Assembly (NCBI GenBank): GCA_963847655.1
Contig: CAWKAS010000005.1
Location: forward strand, 364,319-428,318
Length of the DNA stretch: 64,000 bases
Source of the DNA: an uncultured Acidobacteriota bacterium
GTDB lineage: Bacteria; Acidobacteriota; Vicinamibacteria; Fen-336
Reading direction: 5' to 3'
How positions within the stretch are numbered: the stretch's first letter is position 1; each line of letters starts with the position of its first letter. The notes under the pieces are model-generated. The model had not been told where the DNA came from, did no database searches, and worked only from the letters and a program-made list of their open reading frames with translations. The translations under genes and the position numbers were made by a program. Positions 1-11,251 of the stretch are shown here, one piece after another.

Positions 1-2
1 CC

Positions 3-185
3 CTCGGGGTGGTGCTGGCCGAGCCGTTTCTCCTCCGCTTCTCCCCCTCCGCACGGGAGAGGCTCAACCCCATTGGTCGAGCCTCCTACTACGTCGCCGC
101 CCTGAGCGGCGTCGTGGCGGGCTGGATCCTCCAGGCGATGCTGGCTCCCTTCTGGGCCCGCTGGCTCCGCGCTCTCCTGCCCTGA
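3..185 (+). CDS. 3' end of a probable membrane protein (partial, runs off window)
   Basis: Open frame LGVVLAEPFLL...WARWLRALLP ending at TGA 183-185; hydrophobic, high GC3. Confidence 0.4.
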   Translation, partial: LGVVLAEPFLLRFSPSARERLNPIGRASYYVAALSGVVAGWILQAMLAPFWARWLRALLP

Positions 186-249
186 GGGCGGGCGAAGCGC
201 CCGGCTCCGGACCTCCCCTGTCCGGCCCCGTCCCTACAATGGGCCTCAC

Positions 250-2190
<1,941 letters not shown>

Positions 2191-2338
2191 CGTCTCGAGG
2201 CCGAGCGTCTCCGCTCGGCTCCGGGACGGAGACGTGGCAGAATGTCGCGTTGCCGCCCGGCACGCTGGTCGCCGAGCGGCTCGCGATGTCGTCTCAGCCG
2301 TTCGTCACGCTCTCTTGAACGAAGGAAGCCCGAAAGAC

Positions 2339-2710
2339 ATGAAGATCCAATCCACGCGCACGTTGATGTTTCTCCTCGCCGCCCTTGCCGTCGTCCTACC
2401 GCTGGCCCTCGCCGGCGACGCCCCGCAGGTCATGGGCACCTGGGACGCGGTGGCGGTCACGCCCGAGGGCGACATGCCCGCCCTGCTGACGATCGCCGAG
2501 AAGGAAGGCACGCTCGAGGTCGAGATGGACATCGGCGGCATGATGCGCCGGGTCGACGATGAGAAGCTCGAGGGCGATGTCCTCACCATGAAGGTGATCT
2601 ACGACGGAGCCCCCTACGAGGTGGAGCTGAAGGTCGACGGCGACACGATGGAGGGAACCTACACCGGGGCCGCCGCCAGCGGGGCCCTGACCGCGAAGCG
2701 CCAGCCGTAG
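2339..2710 (+). CDS. secreted hypothetical beta-rich protein
   Basis: Signal peptide MKIQSTRTLMFLLAALAVVLPLALA followed by GTW...MEGTY beta pattern. Confidence 0.7.
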   Translation: MKIQSTRTLMFLLAALAVVLPLALAGDAPQVMGTWDAVAVTPEGDMPALLTIAEKEGTLEVEMDIGGMMRRVDDEKLEGDVLTMKVIYDGAPYEVELKVDGDTMEGTYTGAAASGALTAKRQP

Positions 2711-2805
2711 CCGGCCGCGCCCCACCGGCCCGTCCGATTCCGAGACGGATCCCCCGGGCCACTCTCGCACGGATCCGGTTGCGGCAGCGGCGAAGGGAGG
2801 GACCC

Positions 2806-3276
2806 ATGGACGACTCTCGCCTACGACGGGACCTGCTCGAGCTGCTCGAGGGGAGGAGTGCGCACGTCGGAGCGGAGGCGGCCTTCGCCGGCCTGCGACC
2901 GGAGCACCGCGCCGTTCGCGGGGACGGCGAGGGCCACTCGATCTGGGAGATCCTCGAGCACCTGCGGATCGCCCAGGAGGACATCCTCCGCTACACCCTC
3001 GAGCGGGGGTGGACATCGCCGGCCTGGCCGGACGGCTACTGGCCGGAGATCGAGACACCCACCGAGGAGCAGTGGCGGGCGTCGTTGGAGGCCTTCTGTC
3101 GGGATCTCGAGGAGGTGAAGGGTCTGGTCGCCGACCCGCAACGCGACCTCACCGCGGAGATCCCCCACGGGGAGGGGCGCAGCTGTCTGCGCGAGGTCCT
3201 CCTCGTCGCCGACCACAACGCCTACCACCTCGGCCAGGTGGTGGAGATCCGTCGCCGCCTGGGGGCCTGGGAATAG
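2806..3276 (+). CDS. DinB/DUF664-family protein
   Basis: HSIWEILEHLRIAQ and DHNAYHLGQ His motifs; GGAGG RBS before ATG 2806. Confidence 0.85.
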   Translation: MDDSRLRRDLLELLEGRSAHVGAEAAFAGLRPEHRAVRGDGEGHSIWEILEHLRIAQEDILRYTLERGWTSPAWPDGYWPEIETPTEEQWRASLEAFCRDLEEVKGLVADPQRDLTAEIPHGEGRSCLREVLLVADHNAYHLGQVVEIRRRLGAWE

Positions 3277-3337
3277 CGGCGGTCGTCGGCGGATGCCGGA
3301 CGAACGAGGATGAGCGGAGAGGATTGAGGAGATCGCG

Positions 3338-4723
3338 ATGGTCGTGATGAAGTTCGGAGGAACCTCCGTGCGGGACGTGGAGGCCGTGCGCCGGGTCATC
3401 GGGATCGTGGGTGGCGAGACCCGGCCGCGGCTGGTGGTGGTGTCGGCCCTGGCCGGGGTCACCGACGGACTGCTGGAAATCGCCGGCCAGATCGAGAGCG
3501 GCGAGGAGGCGGCGGCCAGGGAAGCGGTCAGAGAGCTCCGCCGGCGCCACGAGGGGATGACGTCTCTGGTCCGCGACGCGGAGCGGAAGGCGGCGCTCCT
3601 GGCCGACCTCGACAGGCGCTTCGACGATCTCGAGGCGATCGTCCACGCCCTGGCCGTGGTCGAGGAGGTCTCTCCCCGCTCCCGGGACACCATCGTCTCC
3701 TTCGGGGAGCTCTCGAGCAGCGCGATCGTCGCGGCCGCCCTCGAGGACGCGGGGATCCCGTCCCGCTCCGTCGACCCCCGCACCGTCCTCTTGACGAACG
3801 ACGGGCACGGCAGCGCGCAGCCCGACCTCGAGGCCACGGACACGCGCCTCCGCGAGATCGTGGTGCCACTCCTGGCCGAGGGCCTGGTGCCCGTGCTCGG
3901 CGGCTTCGTGGGCGCGACCGCCGCCGGTCTCACGACCACGCTCGGCCGCGGCGGCTCGGACTACTCCGCCGCCCTCTTCGGGGCCGGCCTGAGGGCGGAG
4001 GAGATCCAGATCTGGACGGACGTGGACGGCATGCTGACCGCCGACCCCAGGATGGTCCCGGGCTCCCGCGTGGTGCCCCACCTCTCGTTCGACGAGGCGG
4101 CGGAGCTCGCCTACTTCGGGGCCAAGGTGCTCCACCCGAGCACCATCCTCCCCGCGGTCCGTCGCGACATCCCCGTGCGCATCCTCAACTCCCACCGGCC
4201 CGAGGCGCCCGGGACCCGCATCACGCGGACCCCGGCACCGGGAGGCACGGGCCCTGCGGCCATCGCCTGCAAGCGGGGGCAGATCCGTCTCGACATCGCC
4301 TCCACCCGCATGCTGGAGGCCTACGGGTTCCTGCGCCGGGTCTTCGAGGTGTTCGAGCGCTACCGGACGTCGATCGACGTCGTGACGACCTCCGAGGTCA
4401 GCGTGTCGGTGACCATCGACGACCGGCGCGCCCTCGACGCCATCGTGGCCGACCTCTCGGAGTTCGCCGAGGTCTCGAGCGAGGACCACATGGCCATCGT
4501 CTGCGCGGTCGGGGAGGGGCTGCGGCGGGATCCGACCCTGGCCACTCGCATGCTGGGGGCCCTCGAGGGCCTGCCCCTGATGATGGTCTCCCAGGGCGGG
4601 TCGCGCCAGAACATCACCGCGGTGGTGCGGGACGAGGACACCGCCAGCGCGATGGACCGTCTGCACCGCCGCTTCTTCGAGACCGGGGACGCGGGCGGCG
4701 ACGCGCACCCGCCCGGCGCCTGA
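3338..4723 (+). CDS. lysC: aspartate kinase
   Basis: MKFGGTSV, TTLGRGGSD, WTDVDG, GAKVLHP, C-terminal ACT domains. Confidence 0.95.
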   Translation: MVVMKFGGTSVRDVEAVRRVIGIVGGETRPRLVVVSALAGVTDGLLEIAGQIESGEEAAAREAVRELRRRHEGMTSLVRDAERKAALLADLDRRFDDLEAIVHALAVVEEVSPRSRDTIVSFGELSSSAIVAAALEDAGIPSRSVDPRTVLLTNDGHGSAQPDLEATDTRLREIVVPLLAEGLVPVLGGFVGATAAGLTTTLGRGGSDYSAALFGAGLRAEEIQIWTDVDGMLTADPRMVPGSRVVPHLSFDEAAELAYFGAKVLHPSTILPAVRRDIPVRILNSHRPEAPGTRITRTPAPGGTGPAAIACKRGQIRLDIASTRMLEAYGFLRRVFEVFERYRTSIDVVTTSEVSVSVTIDDRRALDAIVADLSEFAEVSSEDHMAIVCAVGEGLRRDPTLATRMLGALEGLPLMMVSQGGSRQNITAVVRDEDTASAMDRLHRRFFETGDAGGDAHPPGA

Positions 4724-4732
4724 GGAGGGGCC

Positions 4733-5428
4733 TTGCAACTGCTCGTCGTCGGTCACGGGAGGATGGGGCGGCTCATCGAGGGGCTGGCCCCGGACTATGG
4801 CTTCGAGGTGGCCGGGGTCCTCGAGGTCGAGGAGAACGCCGAGGGCCGCGGGGTGACGGCGGAGAGGTGCCGCGGCGTCGACGTGGCCGTCGACTTCTCC
4901 ACCGCTGCGGCGACATGGGCCACCGTCCCCCGCCTGGCCGCGGCCGGGGTGAACCTCGTGGTGGGGACCACCGGCTGGCAGGAGCACGAGGCCGAGGTCC
5001 GCGAGGCGGTGGAGGCCGCGGGCGTGGGGGCGGTGGTGGCGGCCAACTTCTCCCTCGGCGCCAACCTGACGAACGCCCTCGTGGCGACGCTGGGCCGGCT
5101 GCTCCGCGACAAGGAGGCCTACGGGGCCTGGATCCACGAGGCGCACCACAAGGCCAAGGTCGACGCGCCGTCGGGCACCGCCCTGATGCTCAAGCGTGCC
5201 CTCGAGGCCGCGGGCTACGCCCTGCCCATCGACGTCTCGTCCACGCGAGCGGGCTGGGCCCCCGGCACGCACTCCGTGGGTTTCGACGGCCCCGCCGAGA
5301 GCCTGACCCTGACCCACGCGGTGCGGGACCGGGCGACCTTCGCCCACGGGGCGCTGGAGGCGGCCCGGTGGGTGGTGGGTCGCCGGGGGTGGTTCACGAT
5401 GCGGGACGTCCTGGGTCTCGGAGGCTGA
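4733..5428 (+). CDS. dapB: 4-hydroxy-tetrahydrodipicolinate reductase
   Basis: GHGRMG, VVGTTG, EAHHKAKVDAPSGTA; TTG start. Confidence 0.92.
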   Translation: MQLLVVGHGRMGRLIEGLAPDYGFEVAGVLEVEENAEGRGVTAERCRGVDVAVDFSTAAATWATVPRLAAAGVNLVVGTTGWQEHEAEVREAVEAAGVGAVVAANFSLGANLTNALVATLGRLLRDKEAYGAWIHEAHHKAKVDAPSGTALMLKRALEAAGYALPIDVSSTRAGWAPGTHSVGFDGPAESLTLTHAVRDRATFAHGALEAARWVVGRRGWFTMRDVLGLGG

Positions 5429-5448
5429 GAAAGAAAGCGAGGATCGTC

Positions 5449-6351
5449 ATGCGGACTCCGTTCACCGGTTGCGGCACGGCCCTGGTCACGCCCTTCGACT
5501 CGGCGGGCGCCCTCGACGAGGCCGGGGTCAAGCGTCTCGCTCGCCGGCAGATCGAGGCCGGGATCCACTTCCTGGTGCCCTGCGGCACCACCGGCGAGAC
5601 CCCCACCCTCTCCGGAGCGGAGAGGCGGCGCGTGGTGGAGCTCGTGGTCGAGGAGGCCGCGGGCAAGGTGCCGGTTCTCGCCGGGGCCGGCGGCTACGAC
5701 ACCGCCGGGGTCGTGGAGGCCGCGAAGGCCATGCAGGCCGCCGGGGCCGACGGGCTGCTCTCGGTGACGCCGTACTACAACAAGCCGACGCCGGAGGGAC
5801 TCTTCCGCCACTACTCGGCCATCGCCGAAGCCACCCCGCTCCCCATCGTCGTCTACAACGTCCCCGGGCGCACGGGGTGCAACGTCACCCCTCCGACGCT
5901 GGAGCGGCTGGCCACCATCCCCACGGTGGCCGCGGTCAAGGAAGCCTCGGGGAACATCAACCAGATCAGCGAGGTCTGCCGCACCGTCCCCGACGGCTTC
6001 ATCGTCCTCTCCGGCGACGACGCCATGACGTTGCCGGCCATGGCGGTGGGGGCCCAGGGCCTGATCTCGGTGGCTTCCAACGAGGCCCCGGCCGAGATGG
6101 CCCAGCTCGTGGAGGCCGCGGAGAGGGGCGATTACGCCGACGCCAGGCAGCGGCACCAGCGCCTCCTGCCCCTCCTCACCGCCAACTTCCTCGAGTCCAA
6201 CCCCATCCCGGTCAAGGCGGCCATGGCCCTCATGGGGCTCCTGGAGGAGTCGTTCCGTCTTCCGATGGTGCCGCCGCAGCCCGAGACTCGGGAGCGCCTC
6301 GCCATCGTCCTCGGGGAGCTCGGCCTGATGCCCGCGGGGGCCCGGCGATGA
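5449..6351 (+). CDS. dapA: 4-hydroxy-tetrahydrodipicolinate synthase
   Basis: ALVTPF, CGTTGE, TPYYNKP, YNVPGRT, VKEASG, LSGDD, NPIPVK. Confidence 0.95.
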   Translation: MRTPFTGCGTALVTPFDSAGALDEAGVKRLARRQIEAGIHFLVPCGTTGETPTLSGAERRRVVELVVEEAAGKVPVLAGAGGYDTAGVVEAAKAMQAAGADGLLSVTPYYNKPTPEGLFRHYSAIAEATPLPIVVYNVPGRTGCNVTPPTLERLATIPTVAAVKEASGNINQISEVCRTVPDGFIVLSGDDAMTLPAMAVGAQGLISVASNEAPAEMAQLVEAAERGDYADARQRHQRLLPLLTANFLESNPIPVKAAMALMGLLEESFRLPMVPPQPETRERLAIVLGELGLMPAGARR

Positions 6352-7205
6352 GCGCGGGCCTCGACGGACTCCGCCAGACCATCGAGGGGCTGACCGCGGC
6401 GGGCGACGGGGCCGATCCCGCCGCCGCTCGGGAGGCCTTCGGCGCCTTGCGTGCCGCGCTGTCGCGAGGCGAGGCCCGGGCGGCGCAGCCCGATCCCGGC
6501 TCGACCACCGGCTGGCGCGTCAACGAGTGGGTGAAGCAGGGCATCCTCCTCGGGTTCCGTCACGGGAACCTCGCCGACGCGTCCCTGGACCACGGACGCC
6601 TCCCCTTCTTCGACAAGGACACGCTGCCCCTCAAGCCCCTGGATCTGGCGTCGGGCGTGCGCATCGTCCCCGGCGGCTCCGCCGTTCGCGACGGGGCCTT
6701 CCTCGGGCGCGGGGTGATCGCCATGCCCCCGATGTACGTCAACATCGGGGCCTATGTGGACGAGGGGACGATGATCGACTCCCACGCCCTCGTGGGCTCG
6801 TGCGCGCAGGTGGGCAAGCGCGTCCACGTGAGCGCCGCCGCCCAGATCGGCGGCGTCCTCGAGCCCATCGGGGCGATGCCGGTGATCGTGGAGGACGACG
6901 TCCTCATCGGAGGGAACACGGGGCTCTACGAGGGCGCGGTGGTCAAGAAGCGCGCGGTGATCGGGGCGGGCACCGTCCTCACCGGCTCGACCCCGGTCTA
7001 CGACCTCCCCCACGAGCAGATCCTCCGACCCGGGCCAGGGAATCCCCTCGTGGTCCCGGAGGGGGCGGTGGTCGTCCCCGGGGCCCGTGCGGTCAGCGTG
7101 GGAGCAGGGCGCGAGTGGGGGCTCTCGCTCGCCACCCCGGTCATCGTCAAGTACCGGGACGAGAAGACCGACGCCCGCACCGAGCTCGAGAAGTGGCTCC
7201 GATGA
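6348..7205 (+). CDS. dapD: tetrahydrodipicolinate N-succinyltransferase
   Basis: WRVNEWVKQGILLGFR, FFDKD, VGSCAQVG, IGGVLEP hexapeptide repeats; ATGA overlap with dapA. Confidence 0.92.
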   Translation: MSAGLDGLRQTIEGLTAAGDGADPAAAREAFGALRAALSRGEARAAQPDPGSTTGWRVNEWVKQGILLGFRHGNLADASLDHGRLPFFDKDTLPLKPLDLASGVRIVPGGSAVRDGAFLGRGVIAMPPMYVNIGAYVDEGTMIDSHALVGSCAQVGKRVHVSAAAQIGGVLEPIGAMPVIVEDDVLIGGNTGLYEGAVVKKRAVIGAGTVLTGSTPVYDLPHEQILRPGPGNPLVVPEGAVVVPGARAVSVGAGREWGLSLATPVIVKYRDEKTDARTELEKWLR

Positions 7206-8194
7206 CCACCCTCGACCTCGCCCGGAGCCTCATCGACATCGACTCCACGACGGGGCGCGAGGGCGAGGCCTGCCGGTGGCTCGCCGACCACCTGCGGCAG
7301 CGTGGCTTCACCGTGACCGAGCAGCCGGTCGACGGGGCCCGGGTCAATCTCACGGCCTTCGTCGACCCCAAGCCGGACGTGGTCCTCTCGACCCACATCG
7401 ACTGCGTGCCCCCCTTCTTCCCGAGCCGGGTGTCCGAGGGTCGTCTGTACGGCCGCGGCGCCTGCGACGCCAAGGGGATCCTCGCCGCCCAGGTCACCGC
7501 CGCCGAGCGCCTGCGCGACGAGGGCGAGGAGCGGGTGGGTCTCCTCTTCGTGGTCGGCGAGGAGCGGGGCAGCGACGGGGCCGCGGCCGCGAACAGCGCC
7601 GGCCCGGGGTCGCGGTACCTGATCGACGGCGAGCCCACCGACAGCCGTCTGGGCACGGCGACGCGCGGCGTCCTTCGTCTGAGGCTGCGAGCCGAGGGCC
7701 GGGCCGCACACTCCTCCCAGCCCGACCTCGGGATCTCCGCAATCGACAAGCTCGTGGACGCCCTGGTCGCCCTGCGCGCTCTCCCGCTGCCCGAGGACCC
7801 GGACCTCGGGACCACCTTCTACGTGGTGGGCCTCCTCTCCGGGGGCATCGCCCCCAACGTCGTCTCCCCATCGGCGGAGGCGGAGCTCAACTTCCGCACG
7901 GTGGGGCCGGGGGCGGACGTCATCGAGAGCCTCAGCCGGCTGAAGGAGCGCGTCGCCGTCGAGCAGGTCCTCGAGGTGCCGCCGGTGCGGTTGCACACCG
8001 TGCCCGGCTTCGAGACCGCGGCCTTCGCCTTCACCACCGACATCCCCCTGCTCCGCGAGTGGGGCCAACCGCTCCTGTTCGGACCCGGCTCGATCCTGGT
8101 GGCCCACACCGAGGACGAGAGCATCGAGATCGCGGAGATGGAGGCGTCGGTGGACACCTACGCCGCGTTGGCGAAGGCGCTTCTGGAGGGCTGA
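7202..8194 (+). CDS. M20 metallohydrolase (DapE/ArgE-like; probable DAP desuccinylase)
   Basis: STHIDCVP, GRGACDAKG, VGEE, DGEPT, AHT metal ligands; coupled to dapD. Confidence 0.8.
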   Translation: MTTLDLARSLIDIDSTTGREGEACRWLADHLRQRGFTVTEQPVDGARVNLTAFVDPKPDVVLSTHIDCVPPFFPSRVSEGRLYGRGACDAKGILAAQVTAAERLRDEGEERVGLLFVVGEERGSDGAAAANSAGPGSRYLIDGEPTDSRLGTATRGVLRLRLRAEGRAAHSSQPDLGISAIDKLVDALVALRALPLPEDPDLGTTFYVVGLLSGGIAPNVVSPSAEAELNFRTVGPGADVIESLSRLKERVAVEQVLEVPPVRLHTVPGFETAAFAFTTDIPLLREWGQPLLFGPGSILVAHTEDESIEIAEMEASVDTYAALAKALLEG

Positions 8195-8284
8195 GGCCGG
8201 GCGCCGACGCTGACCCCTTCGGTCGTCCACGCTCGGTCACGCGGGCACTTCTCCCTCGGGCCGGGGTGTGGTTCACTTCTGCCC

Positions 8285-9421
8285 ATGGATCCCGCGCACG
8301 ACGCCGAAGAGGCCCGCCTCCGACCGACCTACGCCGTCGTGAGCCTCTCCCGGCTGCGGGCCAACCTGGCCGCGGTCAAGGCGCACGTGGCCCCGGCCCG
8401 GGTGATGGTGATCCTGAAGGCGAACGCCTACGGCCACGGCCTCGAGGCCGTAGCGAAGTGCCTCGCTCCCCAGGCCGACGCCTTCGGCGTGGCGCTCGTG
8501 GAAGAGGGGATCGCCCTGCGCCGCCTCGGGGTCGAGACCCCGATCCTGGTCATGGGGGGGATCTGGACCCGACAGATCCCCCTCTTCCTCGAGCACGGGC
8601 TCACCTTCACTGTCCCCTCCCTCGCCCGCCTGCGCGACGTCGAAGAGGCCGCGGCGGCCCACAGGGGCACGGCCAGGGTGCACCTCAAGATCGACACCGG
8701 CATGGAGCGGATCGGCGTGCACCACTACCACGCGGAGGAGCTGCTCGAGGCCGCGGCGCGCTCCCCGCACGTCGAGGCGGAAGGCGTCTACTCCCACCTC
8801 GCCAACGCCGATGCGGAGGACCTCACCGACGCCCGACGGCAGCTCTCACGCTTCGAGGAGACGATGGCCTTCTACGCGCGGCACTCGCTGCCGACTCCCC
8901 GGCGCCACATCGCGAACTCGGCGGCGCTCCTGCGCATGCCCGAGAGCCACCTGGACGTCGTGCGGTCGGGGATCCTCGTCTACGGCGTCTACCCCCACCC
9001 CGGCGGGCCCCGTGCGGTGGAGGTGCGGCCCGCCCTGGCCTGGAAGTCCCGCGTCGTCTTCTTCAAGGTCGTCGAGGCCGGCAGTCCCGTGAGCTACGGC
9101 GGGACCTGGTCGAGCGACCACCGGGTGCGGATCGTGACGGTGCCGGTGGGCTACGGCGACGGCTACTTCCGCAGCATGTCGAACCGGGCCGAGGTCCTCC
9201 TGCGGGGCCGCCGCTACCGACAGGTCGGACGGATCTGCATGGACCAGATCATGGTCAACATCGAGTGGGGCACGGGCTACAACGGCGACGAGGTGGTCCT
9301 CATCGGCCAGCAGGGAGACGAGCGGGTCACCGTCGAGGAGCTGGCGGAGTGGGCCGGCACCATCCCCTACGAGATCCTGACCGCGATCAACGACCGGGTG
9401 CCCCGGCTGTACGAACCCTGA
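8285..9421 (+). CDS. alr: alanine racemase family PLP enzyme
   Basis: LKANAYGHG, HLKIDTGMERIG, VSYGG, GYGDG, GRICMDQ, TIPYE. Confidence 0.9.
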   Translation: MDPAHDAEEARLRPTYAVVSLSRLRANLAAVKAHVAPARVMVILKANAYGHGLEAVAKCLAPQADAFGVALVEEGIALRRLGVETPILVMGGIWTRQIPLFLEHGLTFTVPSLARLRDVEEAAAAHRGTARVHLKIDTGMERIGVHHYHAEELLEAAARSPHVEAEGVYSHLANADAEDLTDARRQLSRFEETMAFYARHSLPTPRRHIANSAALLRMPESHLDVVRSGILVYGVYPHPGGPRAVEVRPALAWKSRVVFFKVVEAGSPVSYGGTWSSDHRVRIVTVPVGYGDGYFRSMSNRAEVLLRGRRYRQVGRICMDQIMVNIEWGTGYNGDEVVLIGQQGDERVTVEELAEWAGTIPYEILTAINDRVPRLYEP

Positions 9422-9490
9422 CGACGACAGTCTGGTAGCGCCGAGCCGCGTGTCGGAGCATCATTGGGGTGCGGCGCGCGTCGTTGCTGC

Positions 9491-9506
9491 TGGCACGGCG
9501 AGTGCA
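9491..9506 (+). promoter_or_regulatory. sigma54 (-24/-12) promoter
   Basis: TGGCACGGCGAGTGCA, GG-N10-GC, ~65 nt upstream of ATG 9573. Confidence 0.6.
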
Positions 9507-9572
9507 GACGACGGGGCGGGTCATTGTCGGCCCGGTCGACCTGAGGCGCAGCCAGGAATCGAGGAGGAAGCC

Positions 9573-10394
9573 ATGGCCATCATCACGATCTCGCGCGGGT
9601 CGCTCAGCGGGGGCCGGAGCCTGGCACGGTGTCTCGGGGCCAGCCTGGGCTACAAGGTCGTCAGCCGGGAGGACCTGGTCCAGGAGAGCTCGCGGAGATA
9701 CGGAATCGACGAGAAGACCCTCCAGAAGGGTCTGGAGGAAGCACCCCGCTTCTGGGACCGCTTCCGCGTCGACCGACGCATCTACGTCAGCGTGGCCCAG
9801 GCGACCCTGTGCCACCTCGTCCAGAGCGACAACGTGGTCTACCACGGTCACGCCGGGCATCTCCTCCTCCGCGGCGTCGGCCACGTCCTCCGCGTGCGCA
9901 TCATCATGCCCATGAACCAGCGCATTCCCCTGGCCATCCGGGAGCACGGCCTGTCGGAGGGGGCGGCGGAGGGCTTCATCCGCAAGCGCGACGAGGAACG
10001 GGCCTCCTGGACCCGCTTCCTCTACGGCATCGACTGGCTGGACCCGGTCCTCTACGACATGACCCTGAACCTCGAGAAGCTCACCATCGAGGCGGCCTGC
10101 TCCCTGATCCTGACGATGGTCGAGCGACAGGAGTTCGAGGTCACGGACGAGAACCGGCGTGAGCTCGCCGACCTCGAGCTCGCCTCCCACACCCATGCGA
10201 AGCTCTTCCTGAACCCCAAGATCGCCGCGGCGGCGGCGAAGATCGACGTGAAGGCCCGCGACGGCGTCGTGCACCTCTCGGGCATCCTCCCCGGCGACAC
10301 CCTCCTCGACGACGTCCTCAAGACCTGCCGGGAGCTCCCTGAGGTCCAGGACGTCCGGGCCGAGTGGCTCGGGGCACGTGAGGAGCCACTCTAG
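9573..10394 (+). CDS. cytidylate kinase-like family protein with C-terminal BON-like domain
   Basis: IITISRGSLSGG, NVVYHG, LRVRIIMP, D..R, YDMTLN; C-terminal IDVKARDGVVHLSG; GAGGAGG RBS. Confidence 0.8.
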   Translation: MAIITISRGSLSGGRSLARCLGASLGYKVVSREDLVQESSRRYGIDEKTLQKGLEEAPRFWDRFRVDRRIYVSVAQATLCHLVQSDNVVYHGHAGHLLLRGVGHVLRVRIIMPMNQRIPLAIREHGLSEGAAEGFIRKRDEERASWTRFLYGIDWLDPVLYDMTLNLEKLTIEAACSLILTMVERQEFEVTDENRRELADLELASHTHAKLFLNPKIAAAAAKIDVKARDGVVHLSGILPGDTLLDDVLKTCRELPEVQDVRAEWLGAREEPL

Positions 10395-10471
10395 ACCCTA
10401 GGCTCTATCGGCTCTAGTCCCTCTGGAGGAGACGAGACCTCCCGACGCCGTGGGGCCCCGAGGGCTCGTGT

Positions 10472-10487
10472 GTTTCGCTCGCGTAAC
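10472..10487. promoter_or_regulatory. putative upstream activator site (GTTWC-N6-GWAAC) for the apr operon
   Basis: GTTTC-GCTCGC-GTAAC; same motif at 27373-27388; ~107 bp upstream of a sigma54 element. Confidence 0.5.
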
Positions 10488-10592
10488 GCCCGGTCCCCTC
10501 AGCCCGCCGATCTTGCCGATCCGGGCGCACCTGAAGGCCCCCAGGAGCCCGTCGTGGCGCGCCGCGTCCGCCCCGCGCCCCCATTCGAGGGG

Positions 10593-10608
10593 TGGCGTAG
10601 AGCTTGCT
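10593..10608 (+). promoter_or_regulatory. sigma54 promoter of aprBA-qmo-sat operon
   Basis: TGGCGTAGAGCTTGCT (TGGC-N7-TTGCT). Confidence 0.65.
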
Positions 10609-10797
10609 TCTCTCGGTCCCGAGCAGCGGCATCGGACTGCAACGAGAGGCGCTGCCTCGGAAGAGCGACATTGATGATCTCCGCAACGAACCACCCGGCG
10701 CTGCGTGCTTTTTCCGCCGCCCCGGTGTGCCGCCGTCGGGCGGCGCCGGAGATTGGGCGTTTCTGCCGATCGACAAGCCGATGCCACGGAGGTGTCA

Positions 10798-11235
10798 ATG
10801 CCAAGTTTCGTCAATCCTGAGAAGTGTGACGGGTGCAAGGCGCTCGACAAGACCGCCTGCCAGTACATCTGTCCCAACGACCTCATGGTGCTCAACAACG
10901 ACACCATGAAGGCGTACAACCGGGAGCCGGACATGTGCTGGGAGTGCTACAACTGCGTGAAGATCTGCCCCACGCAGGCCGTCGACGTCCGCGGCTATGC
11001 CGACTTCGTCCCCATGGGGGCGTCCGTCGTGCCTCTGCGGTCCACCGACTCCATCATGTGGACCGTGAAGTTCCGCAACGGAACCCTCAAGCGGTTCAAG
11101 TTCCCGATCCGCACCACCCCGGAAGGCAAGGCTGAGCCGTCCGGAGGCTTCGCCGAGACCGCCGAGCTCGAAGGCCCCACGCTGTACTCGGAGCCCGAGG
11201 CCCTCGGTCTGCCCGAAGTCTGGACGCGGAAGTAG
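10798..11235 (+). CDS. aprB: adenylylsulfate reductase beta subunit
   Basis: MPSFVNPEKCDGCK...ACQYICP, CWECYNCVKICP, RGYADF, KRFKFPIRTT. Confidence 0.97.
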   Translation: MPSFVNPEKCDGCKALDKTACQYICPNDLMVLNNDTMKAYNREPDMCWECYNCVKICPTQAVDVRGYADFVPMGASVVPLRSTDSIMWTVKFRNGTLKRFKFPIRTTPEGKAEPSGGFAETAELEGPTLYSEPEALGLPEVWTRK

Positions 11236-11251
11236 GGGAGGAGAGAGGCAC

